Assembly: GCA_964016885.1 (NCBI GenBank)
Contig: OZ024742.1
Location: 203,174,001 to 203,238,000 of the forward strand
Length of the DNA: 64,000 nucleotides
Direction: 5' to 3'
DNA from: Eledone cirrhosa
Lineage: Eukaryota
Both the position numbers and the translations under genes were made by a program. The notes under the pieces are model-generated. The model was not told where the DNA came from and made no database searches. It saw nothing but the letters and a program-made list of their open reading frames with translations. Shown one piece after another: positions 38,645 to 51,241 of this stretch (positions are counted from its first letter, which is position 1; each line of letters begins with the position of its first letter).

Positions 38645-39220
38645 ATATATATATATATATATATTATATATGTATATATGTATATATAATATATAATATG
38701 TGTATGCATATAAATATAGTACATTTTATTGAAGAAAATCGTGGGTGTTTTCAGTATCTAAGCAGTACATTTATTTTTTTCTAGTTTATGTTTAGACAGA
38801 GGGATCGGCCGAGCTCATGATCCTTTTCAGCGTTTCTGCGATTCGTGGAAGGACGGGGGAATATCAGTTAGTGTGGTTGATGTGGTGGTGGTGATGAATT
38901 GGAAATAGTCTGCCACCTAAGTAGGCCAGATCGAGATTTAAACTCAGAACGCAAAAACCAGAAAAAAAAAAACCCACATTTCATTCTATCACTCTAAAAG
39001 AAATTGCTAATCCACAACCCTTTACAGGTACTTTATTCTATCTACTCAGCAACCCAAAAAGGAAGAAAGTCACAGAAGACTCCATATTCTGCCACATGGC
39101 ATATACTCCTGGCTCAGTCGTAGTGGAGCCGTCATGTCTTGAGAACTTAAACTAGGCGAGGCACCTCACTCTCAAGATCTGTGTACAGCCGATTACTTTC
39201 AAGGAGAAAAGAAAAGTGAT

Positions 39221-39251
<31 letters not shown>

Positions 39252-39344
39252 GTGTATGTGTGTGTGTGTATGTAAGAGAGAGAGTGATAGAGAGCGAGAC
39301 AGACAGACAGAGAGGGGGGAAGGATCGATTCTAGTACATATTTG

Positions 39345-39480
39345 ACACTTCATCTATCGACCTTCGAAAGGATGAAAGGCAACTGTTGACTTGGTTGAAT
39401 TTGAACTGAGAGCGGAGAGCCAGAACGAATACTGCAAAGCATTCTCTTCCATCTGACGTCCTAATAATTCTACAAACACG
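39345..39480 (-). mobile_element. Degenerate SINE S1
   Basis: tatcgaccttcgaaaggatgaaaggcaa...atttgaactga. Confidence 0.65.
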
Positions 39481-39682
39481 ACGTCTTTAGAATAAGGGAT
39501 TACTCAGCCGAGAATTATTTTAAAAGTAAACGTAACCTTACACCTCAACCGGAAGTGGGAATTGATAGCCTTTTTTGTCCTGTAGATTAGGAAGCGAGTG
39601 TTGTGGGCCAACTACGTTCTTGGCGAAGTGCTGCAGTCGCAGATTATATGGATGGCATAAAATAAGATATGTACTATCGTTA

Positions 39683-39728
<46 letters not shown>

Positions 39729-39839
39729 TACAAAAAAGAAAACATGTACAAACATGCGTGTAAATGTGTGTATGCCAGCGTGTGTGAGTGTGTGTCTATT
39801 TAAAAATGTAATCGCCACCATGCAGATAACTCTAATAAT

Positions 39840-40020
39840 TGTTTCTACTTTAGGCACAAGGCCAACAATTATCCAGTGCATTACTGGTACTTTATTTTAT
39901 CGACCCAGTAACGATGAAAGGCAAATTCAACCTCGGCGGGATTTGAACTCAGATCGTAAAGGGACATAACTATGCTGGAAAGCATGGCGTCCGACCCTCT
40001 ACCGATACTGCCAATCTACC
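39840..40020 (-). mobile_element. Full-length SINE S1 with 18-bp TSD
   Basis: gcagataactctaataat at 39822-39 and 40021-38. Confidence 0.92.
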
Positions 40021-40100
40021 GCAGATAACTCTAATAATAGTTGATAAATATAGATATGAATAAATTGAATAATGTATCCCTGGAGACAGTCAAAATCGGA

Positions 40101-40236
<136 letters not shown>

Positions 40237-40393
40237 ATATATTAAATTATTATATATATATATATAAAATTATCTTGACTCTGTTTTCCTGTGATTTTCA
40301 TCGCAAAAATTTTTGAATACATCTTCTCTTTTCATGATATTTGGATTACATTGAGTTCTTCATACGGATTGGACACTACCGTATATTTTGGTA

Positions 40394-40465
<72 letters not shown>

Positions 40466-40468
<3 letters not shown>

Positions 40469-40626
40469 CGAAGGAAATGTGGTAAGGAACCAGATGGACC
40501 ATAACGCACCAAAGTACTCAATACTTAGGGTAGTAGAGTGGGTAATAGGAACAAGTATGACCCCGACGGCAGAGCTCAAGCCGTCGAAGCGGCTTGAGCT
40601 CTGCCGTCCGAGTCATACTTGTTCCT
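40466..40626. mobile_element. Fold-back copy of hammerhead cassette F1
   Basis: Reverse complement of ~310-428 followed by an inverted partial copy; both ends at (TA)n. Confidence 0.85.
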
Positions 40627-40650
40627 ATATATATATATAAGAACTAACTA

Positions 40651-40706
40651 ACTGCCTCATGAGGTCATAGCCATTCAATGGCTATCATCGAAATATATAT
40701 AACAGT
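40651..40706 (+). ncRNA. Hammerhead motif F5, second copy (cassette 40639-40752)
   Basis: actgc ctcatga ggtcatagccattcaatggctatcatc gaaa tatata ta acagt. Confidence 0.7.
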
Positions 40707-40747
40707 AAATAAAGGATTATGAATTCATGCAATTGACTTATGTTTCG

Positions 40748-40914
<167 letters not shown>

Positions 40915-40961
40915 ATATACATTCTATGGTTACATAGTTTCTAATTGTATGGATGGAAACA

Positions 40962-41032
40962 TGGGTGTTGGTGTAATGGTAACACATTGGTGCGATAAAC
41001 CAAAGATATGGGTTTGTGTCCCATGTACGTCA
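40962..41032 (+). pseudogene. tRNA-like sequence (tRNA pseudogene or tRNA-SINE head)
   Basis: A-box tggtgtaatggt; anticodon arm ttggt-gcgataa-accaa; T arm atggg-tttgtgt-cccat; poor acceptor stem; T-tract at ~41044. Confidence 0.5.
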
Positions 41033-41187
41033 ATACTCAACCCTTTTTTCCCTTTAAGTTTTTTTTTTAATCCCAACTAACAGACTAATTCTATTTAGTC
41101 AAATACGGCATAAACACATGTTATTATCTAATTTTCAAATTCGTTAGCTGCTTCTTAACAAAGACTGCTTTGTGTCTCCCTATTTAT

Positions 41188-41273
<86 letters not shown>

Positions 41274-41984
41274 GAGAGTAGCCATGCTGTGTCATTACCT
41301 TAAAGTAATTTAGTTTATCAGATCTACCACGGTACTTATGTTATCAAGCGCTTTCTTCTAGGGCCGCTTCTGTAAAGTATAGCTACCAGAATATCTGATC
41401 GGTCTAATCTTTGGTACTTAGATATGCGTTTCTTCTTTTGTTCCTTTGCTGGTCATTAGTCTGTGGCCATGTCGAAGCACAGTTTTAAAGGATTTAATCA
41501 ATCGTGTTAACTCCAGCTCTTATTTTATCAAGTATAGGAACTTATTTTAGCGATTGCTTTCTAGGCTAGTCGATACGAATACGAGATATAAGAAGATACC
41601 AACGTAAACACACACCCTTGTATGTGTGTGTGGGGTGTATATATACATACACACTCACATTTGTAGATGCCTTTCGTGTACACGAGAGGCATCTGAAAAT
41701 TCCTTTTACCAAATTACACTCACAAAGCATTGGATAATCTGTGGTTATAATAGATCATCCTTTAACCAGTGATATGAAGGACCAGCTAGTTATCTGGCTC
41801 AAAGAAACTATTTTCCAATCTTAGTCTAAAATAAGTCTGATACCAGCGATAAAAACATCATCAAAATATAATTGCATCCCTCATGACAAGCTATGCACAT
41901 GCTCGCTATCATGTGAAGGGAGGTCACTGACAATATAGGAATTTTATATTACAATCAGCAAGCTATGCTTGCGCCTATATATGG

Positions 41985-42100
41985 AATGGAACAAGGTGAA
42001 ATGAAGTTTCTTGCTTAATGACACAACGCGTCACATGTTTCAACCTCACGACCTTACAGGCATGAGCTGCACGACTTTAAACACTAAATCACTCGCTTTC
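41985..42100 (-). mobile_element. Degenerate SINE of a second family (S2)
   Basis: gtgaaatgaagtttcttgcttaatgacacaacgc matches the SINE arm at 50830-50950. Confidence 0.6.
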
Positions 42101-43115
42101 ACTTCCACAAAATAATGGAAGAATTAATTGTTCAAACAAATACAGATACAACATAATGGCATCTTTACTTGTGGTGGTGGCGGCGGCGATGGTGGTAAGA
42201 GAAATGTTCCCAATTATAGTTATTTAAATAAGAACAAAGAATGGTGTTGCTGCACCACCATCCAAAATATATATCCAAAAGTTCACAACAGGGTCATTAA
42301 TGAGAAGTATCTTTCATCGTTTTTTTCCTCGTTTTTCCCATCGTTCTTTTTTTATTTCATGGTATTTTTTCATCTTTTTTTATCGCTTTTTTTTTTTCAT
42401 TGTTTTATTTTTATTGTTTTTTTCATCGTTTTATCTTTTATTATTTTTAATTCTGGCCTTGTGCCAAAAGTAGAAACAATTATTTTTCATCGTTTTTTTT
42501 ACGTTTTCTTTCACATTTTAATTTTCATCGATTTTTTTTCAACGTTTTATTTCATCTTTTTTTTTGTCTTTTCATCATGTTTTTTATCGTTTTGTTTCAT
42601 CATTTTTATTTTCATCGTTTTGTTTCACCTTTTTTTCATCGTTTGTTTTTCATCGTTTTGTTTCATCAATTTTTTTCATCGTTTTGTTTTTATTGCATTC
42701 TATAGGTTAATTAATAACCGAGAACATTATAATTGGTAAGCGTGTCAAGAGGACACACAATTCATTAAATAACTTTGGCTCTAAAATCATAAGTATTTAC
42801 ACCTTCTGTTTGCTTCAACGACGACAGATTTCACTCCATATGTTCCTGCCAGTCACAAAATTGTGTTTTGTTGTTATTAAATTTGTTAGAGTTAGAGTTG
42901 TTGTTGTTGTCGTTATTATTATCATTATTACTATTATTGTTAACCCTGTTATTTTCATTATTGTTGTTGCTGGTAATGTTAAAACAAAAACAAAAAAAGC
43001 GTCTGTTTAATATAGAGGTGGGTTAATGTTTTAACATATGTAAGGCTAGGGTATTAAATATATACTAGAGATATTTATGGGAGTAGACATATAGGAAGGT
43101 AAGCAGTTAGGTATG

Positions 43116-43162
<47 letters not shown>

Positions 43163-43163
43163 T

Positions 43164-43211
<48 letters not shown>

Positions 43212-43474
43212 AGAGAGAGAGATACAGACAGACAAATAGATAGATAGATATATAATAGGCATTGCTGTTTGTTTAAACTTTCTCCATATTTTCAACAATG
43301 ATGCTTATACACAATAATGATATGGTGGTGGTGGTGGTGATGATGATGATGATGATGAAGATGACGCTGATGATAATGAAAATGATGAGGACGACGATGT
43401 TGATGATGATGAGGTTGTATGTGTTGCAACTGTTATTAGTAATCTCATGCTGAGAAGATGAAAGGACACACACA

Positions 43475-43508
<34 letters not shown>

Positions 43509-43640
43509 CACTAGGACACACACACCACTAGCTCTTTCTCTCTCACACACGCCTGCAAAGCCTCAAAAACACAGGCATATTTATAGTCATACACGTGCCT
43601 TGAATTGTAGGTCGTTGCCGTACCAATGTCCTGTAGCATA

Positions 43641-43740
<100 letters not shown>

Positions 43741-44217
43741 GTGCGCGTGTGTGTGTGGTGCGCGTGTGTGTGTGCCTATTTGGTGCGTGTATGTGTGAAT
43801 GGAGGTGAGAGTCTGAATATATGGAGGTGAGAGTATATACATAAAGACGCTCACTATATATAAATTGTACGTATTTATATGTGTAGATATATAATATATA
43901 TAATTAAATTAGGTGTAAATCGGAGTTGTAACTGCATTAGGGCATACATGTATGTATGCACGTATGTATGTATGTATATATGTATGTATATATGTAGCAC
44001 ATCGGTAGGGGTTCTCCTACATGGATATAAAGTAGTGGCCGTACTCGAAAGCGAGATGGCAGCCACCATGTATATATGTATATATGTATATATGTATGTA
44101 TATATGTATGCACAGACCTATAAATTAGTTCTAGTCCTATAGCACTAGGTTTTATACGAAATAAATCGTCGTGTATAATCTCAACGTAATGTATTGAGTA
44201 ACTTATACAACTGTGAT

Positions 44218-44258
<41 letters not shown>

Positions 44259-44275
44259 TATAGGTATATACATAT

Positions 44276-44316
<41 letters not shown>

Positions 44317-44361
44317 TATAGGTATATACATATAGGTATATATATATATAGGTATATATAT

Positions 44362-44434
<73 letters not shown>

Positions 44435-44437
<3 letters not shown>

Positions 44438-44622
44438 CGAAGGAAATGCGGTAAGGAACCAGGTGGACCATAACGCACCAAACTACTCAATACTTAGGGT
44501 AGTAGACTGGGTAATAGTAACGAGTAGCACCCCGACGGCTGAGCTCAAGCCGTTTCGACGGCTAGTTCTGGACTAAAAATTTTTTTAGTCCAGAATTAGC
44601 CGTCGGGGCCCTACTCGTTCCT
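44435..44622. mobile_element. Fold-back copy of hammerhead cassette F1
   Basis: Left arm is the reverse complement of ~285-428; the inverted right arm has lost helix III by deletion between agccgtcg repeats. Confidence 0.85.
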
Positions 44623-44641
44623 ATATATATATATATGTATG

Positions 44642-44683
<42 letters not shown>

Positions 44684-44686
<3 letters not shown>

Positions 44687-44826
44687 TATTCCGGGTTGAA
44701 TCGGAGGTAACCACAGTAAGTAAGGTACTCAATACATTGCAGAGTATAAAAGTTTTAATATAGATGAGATTCTGATGATTTCTAAAGAATGAAACAGTTC
44801 TAGTCCTGTAGAATCTCATCTATATT

Positions 44827-44830
<4 letters not shown>
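44684..44830. mobile_element. Fold-back cassette F6 containing hammerhead 44769-44813 (+)
   Basis: ctgatga t-ttct-aa-agaa-t gaaa cag-ttctagtc-ctg ta gaa; canonical core, GUA site. Confidence 0.8.
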
Positions 44831-44860
<30 letters not shown>

Positions 44861-44866
<6 letters not shown>

Positions 44867-44961
44867 ATTCAGTTTCAGTTTTAAGTTTTTGCCGGTTGCG
44901 CATTTGTTATGCTTTTCAAAAATAATTTCTTGATAGAGTGCTCGTGATATTTGCTCTAATC

Positions 44962-45019
<58 letters not shown>

Positions 45020-45208
45020 GATTAGAGCAAAAATCACGAGCACTCTATCAAGAAATTATTTTTGAAAAGCATAAGAGATGCGCAACCGGTAAAAACTTAA
45101 AACTGAAACTGAATACTAACTAATACTTATTACTAATTTATACTTATTCCTATTTAAACTATTTTTCACTGGGAAAAATCTGTCAGCATGTTTATTCCCT
45201 TGTACTAA
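44861..45208. mobile_element. Fold-back cassette F3 (arms separated by (TA)n); variant hammerheads at 44887-44922 (-) and 45059-45094 (+)
   Basis: Inverted arms; homology to 17150-17415. Confidence 0.8.
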
Positions 45209-45214
45209 TATATA

Positions 45215-45398
45215 CGTTATTCCGGGTTGAATCGGAGGTAACCACAGTAAGTAAGGTACTCAATACATTTCAGAGTATAAAAGTTTTAATATAGATGAGA
45301 TTCTACAGGACTAGAACTGTTTCATTCTTTAGAAATCATCCTGATAATTTCTAAAGAATGAAACAGTTCTAGTCCTGTAGAATCTCATCTATATTAAA

Positions 45399-45399
<1 letters not shown>
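45215..45399. mobile_element. Fold-back cassette F6, second copy
   Basis: Inversion point inside the CUGAUGA core (45340/45341). Confidence 0.8.
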
Positions 45400-45447
<48 letters not shown>

Positions 45448-45453
<6 letters not shown>

Positions 45454-45766
45454 ATTCAGTTTCAGTTTTAAGTTTTTACCGGTTGCGCATTTCTTATGCT
45501 TTTCAAAAATAATTTCTTGATAGAGTGCTCATGATATTTGCTCTAATCTGAATATATATATATATATATATATATATTCATATTAGAGCAAAAATCACGA
45601 GCACTCTATCAAGAAATTATTTTTGAAAAGCATAAGAAATGCGCAACCGGTAAAAACTTAAAACTGAAACTGAATACTAACTAATACTTATTACTAATTT
45701 ATACTTATTCCTAATTAAACTATTTTTCACTGGGAAAAATCTGTCACCATTTTCTTTTCCCTTTTA

Positions 45767-45769
<3 letters not shown>
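45448..45769. mobile_element. Fold-back cassette F3; variant hammerheads at 45474-45509 (-) and 45620-45655 (+)
   Basis: Near-identical to 44861-45208. Confidence 0.8.
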
Positions 45770-45815
<46 letters not shown>

Positions 45816-45820
<5 letters not shown>

Positions 45821-46178
45821 TTTGTAGTTGTAAGGCCAAAACGATGCAGGTATGGATATAGAATATAAATGCAAATGCAAAAGATATTATTGACAATTAA
45901 TCTTTTACCTTAAATTTATTTAAATATCCTTAATTTTCGAGATAATATCTCTTCTTCGGAGGGAAGTAAAGTGGTTAATCATGCATGACTTGGCAAGCTA
46001 TATAGAACGCTGGATTAACCACTTTACCCCCCCCCCCCCGAAGAAGATATATTATCTCGAAAATTAAGGAAATTTAAATAATTTTAAGGTAAAAGACTAA
46101 TTGTCAACAGTATCTTTTGCATTTGCATTTATATTCTATATCCATACCTGCATTGTTTTGACTTTACAACTACAAACG

Positions 46179-46183
<5 letters not shown>
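45816..46183. mobile_element. Fold-back cassette F7; ultra-minimal hammerheads at 45928-45962 (-) and 46035-46069 (+)
   Basis: cct ccgaaga a gagat-att-atctc gaaa at ta agg; ~165-bp inverted arms ending at (TA)n. Confidence 0.7.
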
Positions 46184-46238
<55 letters not shown>

Positions 46239-46239
46239 T

Positions 46240-46857
46240 ATCACTTTTGAGGTGACTTTTGGGAGGCTCCCATACAGCTCTTAGTTTTTCATCCTCAGTG
46301 TATACTGATTAATGTCCGGAGCCATCCTCAGCATTCTTGTGTAGCACCTATCCACCATCTGAGTGAGTTTCTTGGTCAGTGTCCAAATCTCAGACCCGTA
46401 CAGCAGCACATACTCCACTACAACAATGAAGAGGCGGATTTTCAGGTCTTTACCAAGGTCCGACTTCCACACCGATCTCAAGCTGTGGCACGCCGCTCAG
46501 GCTTTGCTCTTCCTCTCAACCACATCATCTTCCGTATTCCCAATCTTTGCTCCTAAATACAGGAAGTCCTCAACCAATTCTAGCGGCTTCCCGCCTACAT
46601 TAGTGATCCCCTCTGGCTTCTCAACATTCTGAGGTTAGCTGGACATGCTCACAGACATGCTCACCGACATCCAGAGTTGACATTGCACTCAGTGCTCCTG
46701 TGGGAGCCCCTACATGGACACACTGGAAGAGGAAGACCAAGGTTAACGTATGTTGATGGCCTAAGGACAGACACTTGTCTTTTGGAGTGGCAGGACATGG
46801 CAGCGATAATGAGGGACAGAGACCGCTGGAGAGAACTCGTCCATGGATCTCGGGAAT
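46240..46857. mobile_element. RTE/RTEX-like LINE 3' fragment with 5' inversion
   Basis: Minus 46240-46625: LELVEDFLYLG...KIRLF...VLLYGSEIWTLTK...LPKVTSKV. Plus 46625-46857: LRLAGH...GRGRPRLTYVD...MRDRDRWR. Confidence 0.85.
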
Positions 46858-47166
46858 AATAAAGCCAAAACAATGCAGGTATGGACATAGAATAAAGAAT
46901 GCAAATGCAAAAGATATTGTTGACAATTAGTCTTTTACTTTAGATTTATTTAAATGTCCTTAATTTTCGAGATAATATCTCTTCTTCGGAGGGAAGTAAA
47001 GCGGTTAAACCAGTGTTCTAAATAGCTTGCCAAGTCATGCTTCCTTTCAGATATTATATTAAGGACATTTAAATAAATCTAAGATAAAAGACTAATTGTC
47101 AACAATATCTTTTGCATTTGCATTCTGCATTCTATGTCCATACCTGCATTGTTTTGGCTTTATTAT
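46855..47166. mobile_element. Fold-back cassette F7, second copy (hammerhead 46958-46992, -)
   Basis: Homologous to 45835-46160. Confidence 0.75.
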
Positions 47167-47240
47167 ACATATACAAAGTTTATACCTCATTACACAATGC
47201 TTCAAGTGAACTATAACCTCCTCCATATATATATATATAT

Positions 47241-47420
47241 TAATATAGATGAGCATCTACAGGACTAAAACTCTTTCATTCGTGAGATGATTTCTGATGA
47301 TTTCTCACGAATGAAAAAGTCCTAGTCCTATAGAAGGTCTTTTATATTAACACTTTTATACTCTGCTATGTATTGATTACCTTACTTACTATGGTTAGCT
47401 CCGATTCAATCCGGAATAAC
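47241..47420. mobile_element. Diverged fold-back cassette F6 (hammerhead 47291-47335, +)
   Basis: ttt ctgatga tttctcacgaat gaaa aagtcctagtccta ta gaa; tail homologous to the reverse complement of 44684-44760. Confidence 0.75.
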
Positions 47421-47487
47421 ATATATATATATATATATATTTATTTATATGTACATGTATATGTGTGTATGTATATATATATGCATA

Positions 47488-47649
47488 ATTAGTTATAACA
47501 GTGACATAACAGGTACTTAAGTTTCGTTGGGTTGTATCCCAATAAAATGTAAGTACCTATATATGTAACTGTTGTAACTACTCATACTAAACTCGTCCTT
47601 TGGACTGAAGTACTCTTACTCTTACCTTGGATATTTCTACCAAACTATT

Positions 47650-47655
<6 letters not shown>
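47488..47655. mobile_element. Fold-back cassette F8 with a hammerhead 3' half
   Basis: Minus 47511-47531: cccaac gaaa cttaag ta cct (palindromic helix III); inverted arm at 47538-47580. Confidence 0.55.
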
Positions 47656-47721
<66 letters not shown>

Positions 47722-48455
47722 GGGATAACAAATTATTGTTATAGATAGTCCACTTAGATGTAGTCCAGTTAGGGTACTCCGAGTAGTGGATTGTATTAAC
47801 GCTTGGCTATGTTTGAGTCAACAAGACGTTTCCATAGTGATGCTGCGAGTACGCGGTGATTTCTATGTAGTTTACACTTGGAGTAATATAAATCAAGAAA
47901 GAAGAGTGACATGGTTTGCTATACAATAAGGGCTTTATGCACATTGCTGACAGTTGTTTCTCTGAACTGGTAGGTCTAGAGATCGCTACCCGCCTGTTTT
48001 TGCATCAATCGAACACTGTTGCGTAAGTCCAACACTGTTACCACTAGGTCACGTGCCTCCACATGCGTGTGTGTGTGTGTATGTGTGTAATAACTGAGAC
48101 AGGCGAGAGAGATAGAGAGAGCAGGAAGGAGGGAGAGAAATGGAGACAGACAGACTGAAAGAGTGACTAACAGACATAGAGAGGGATCGAGGAGGAGAAA
48201 GAATTGTAAGTTTACAATATAGAGTGGATGGAGCTTCAATGCCTGTTGCTGACGTTGAACAACCTTAGATGAATGACGTCATTTCTTCAACTGTCGGCTG
48301 CTTCCAAAATAACGATGAAAATACGTCCATTCTTCTGCCTAGATATAGCACAAACTACATCTCAGATAACTCTCCTTTCTTTACTTCAAATAATTTATTT
48401 TTGTTTTTATTTTTATTGTTGTATATTCGTGTCTTTTCCCCCTCCATTATTTTCT

Positions 48456-48638
48456 GGTGAATTGGCAGTATCGGTAGAGGGTCGGACGCCATGCTTTGAC
48501 GCATAGCGTTACGTCCCTTGCCATTCTGAGTTCAAATCCCGCCGAGGTTAACTTTGCCTTTCATCCTTACGGAGTCGATAATATAAAGTACCAGTAATGT
48601 ACTGCGTAATTGCTGGCCTTGTGCCAAAAGTAGAAACA
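48456..48638 (+). mobile_element. Full-length SINE S1 with 10-bp TSD
   Basis: attattttct at 48446-55 and 48639-48; A and B boxes intact. Confidence 0.92.
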
Positions 48639-48711
48639 ATTATTTTCTTCCATTCTATACTCTTTCATTATTGTCACAGTATATATAAACGTATCTCTCT
48701 CTCTCTCTCTC

Positions 48712-48764
<53 letters not shown>

Positions 48765-48775
48765 ATATATATATA

Positions 48776-48810
<35 letters not shown>

Positions 48811-49056
48811 AATGTATATGTATATATATATATAACACATATATAAACAAATGTATATATACATCTATATATATATATATATATATATACATATATATAT
48901 AACATATATATAAATATTGATATACATATTTGTATATATACAGATATATATATACAAAAGTACATACACAAATATACATAAATACACACACATAAATACA
49001 TCTATATATATATGTGTGTGTATCTATGTATATATATATATATATATATATATACA

Positions 49057-49103
<47 letters not shown>

Positions 49104-49503
49104 ATCTATGTATATATATATATGTGTGTGTATCTATGTATATATATATATATATATACATATACACATAGATACACACACACACATATATACATACATT
49201 CATACATGCATACAAACATCAGCTATCCGAAGACATAGAATGCAATCCAGTAAGGAATGTAAACAGGCTGTCTGTGATTCAACTATGAAAATAGACAAGT
49301 ATCCCCTATTTTTACTGAAAACTCTGTTACATATCAACTTCAGGTGATTGTTTTTCTTTGCGCCCCCTTCCCCCAGATGCTATTCACACATATACATACA
49401 TGTACTCTTACGTATATCTTTCTAACAGAGAATTATATATATATATATATATATATATACATTCATACATTTATATATATATATATATATATATACACTC
49501 ATA

Positions 49504-49568
<65 letters not shown>

Positions 49569-49664
49569 TGCTTCCACTTCATTTACTCTCATCTCGGGAA
49601 CAATTCTGAATAGCGCCAGTTCGTAATTTGAACTCGGGAACTTTATATTCTCCGAGTGAAAAGA

Positions 49665-49748
49665 ACCTTCTGACAAGAGTTTTTCTTTGTGACGGATGCC
49701 GTATGGACTCCGTTTATTTTTGAGACTCGAAACCGATTCGGTAAAGGT
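49665..49748 (+). ncRNA. Hammerhead motif F9 (core CUGACAA, probable CpG decay of CUGACGA)
   Basis: acctt ctgacaa gagtttt...gagactc gaaa ccg-att-cgg ta aaggt. Confidence 0.75.
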
Positions 49749-50070
49749 AACAATAGTAAGTAAAGTTAATTTTTTAAAATTTATTTTGAAACTTTTTCTT
49801 ATTTGCTAAACCTTGATTATATATGTTCTGGCTCGTCAATTTATTAACCTGCCATTGAACTACATTGGCATATGTTTGGACAATACATGTGTCCCTTAGC
49901 GCCTTGTGCGTGTAGGAACATATGCTCTATTATTACTATTCTCTTCTTGGTTGAGAAAATTTGAGGAATATTTATAGAATATTTCGACAGCGTAATCGCC
50001 CAGATATACAGTCTTTTAAACAGAATTAGGTGTAAAATAAACTAGGAGAAAAGAGAATACATTTATTTAC

Positions 50071-50143
50071 CTCAACCATGGTTTCGTCCGCATTTTGAGA
50101 TTTCCAATAACTTCGGAAACTCGAGCACCGGACTCTTCAGGAG
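50071..50143 (-). ncRNA. Minimal hammerhead F10 with fully canonical core
   Basis: Minus: ctc ctgaaga gtccg...cggac gaaa ccatgg tt gag; palindromic CCATGG helix III; GUU site. Confidence 0.85.
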
Positions 50144-50703
50144 TTTGCTCAAATCTAGACAATAAATTTTCCAAAGTGATGGCGCCAAGAATACATTCAA
50201 AAATGGCTAAGAATCGTGACGTTTTCATTGAGCCACAAAATGACCCGTTGCAAAACACGTATATGTATGTATATATATATATATGTAAACCTTTATATGT
50301 AATAATCTTCCGTAAGGTTGAGATACAAATTTGGCTGTATTGTGCTGTGCTTTCTAGCAAAAAGCCACCAGCTGTAAGCAAGTGACCACACTCCTTCCAA
50401 CCTGACAGCTGCTACGTCATTTATATGGTTAATTATGCTAATTGGGAGATAAATGGTATATATTTTATCTGGTGATTCTATAGACATGTTTTATGATATA
50501 TAGCTGTGATTATTTAATTTATTAACTTTTCATTGAGCCACAAAGTGACCCGTTGCAAAACACGTATATGTATGTATATATATATTTAAACCTTTATATA
50601 TATATATGACATATATATATATATATATATATATACATACTACATACTTATATATATATATATATGTGTATATATATATATATATATATACATACTATAT
50701 ACT

Positions 50704-50737
<34 letters not shown>

Positions 50738-50738
<1 letters not shown>

Positions 50739-51172
50739 GAACGATCGACTTTCGTCAAATCGGACCGAGGGAACAATGTTTCCGATGGTCTTTCCAATTG
50801 CTAATACTATCTATCGGTCGCAACTCCAGGTAGAAGGAGCAACGTGAAATAAAGTGTCTTGCTCAAGGACATAACGCATCTCCTAGTCCAGGAATCGAAC
50901 TCACAACCTTACGATCGCGAATCCAATTCTCTAACCACGCAGCCACACGCCTTCACTAGGCTTGTGGCTGAGTGGTTAGTGAATTGGATTCACAATCTTG
51001 AGGTTGTGAGTTCTATTCCTGGACCGGGCGATGCGTTATGTCCTTGAGCAAGAGACTTTATTTCACGTTGTTCCTTCTACCTGGAGTTGCGACCGATAGA
51101 TAGTATTAGCAACTGGAAAGACCGACGGAAACATTGTTTCCTCGGTCCGATTTGACGAAAGTCGATCGATCC
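50738..51172. mobile_element. Head-to-head palindrome of two S2 tRNA-SINE copies sharing a ~90-bp tail, flanked by (TA)n
   Basis: Arms 50738-50951 and 50959-51172, 7-nt spacer; A-box tggctgagtggtt and B-box gagttcgattcc/gagttctattcc. Confidence 0.9.

Positions 51173-51236
<64 letters not shown>

Positions 51237-51241
<5 letters not shown>

Noticed and set aside
38797-38835. Minus-strand ctgaaaa followed by a ggatc/gatcc stem
   Set aside because: No GAAA or helix III follows.
40962-41032. Functional tRNA-Ile(GAU)
   Set aside because: Acceptor stem, T-loop and U33 are non-canonical; kept only as tRNA-like.
48273-48282. Perfect CRE palindrome ATGACGTCAT
   Set aside because: Single motif with no supporting context.
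51085-51172. Hammerhead in the tail of the palindromic SINE
   Set aside because: GAAA is not adjacent to the hairpin, and there is no stem I or UH site.
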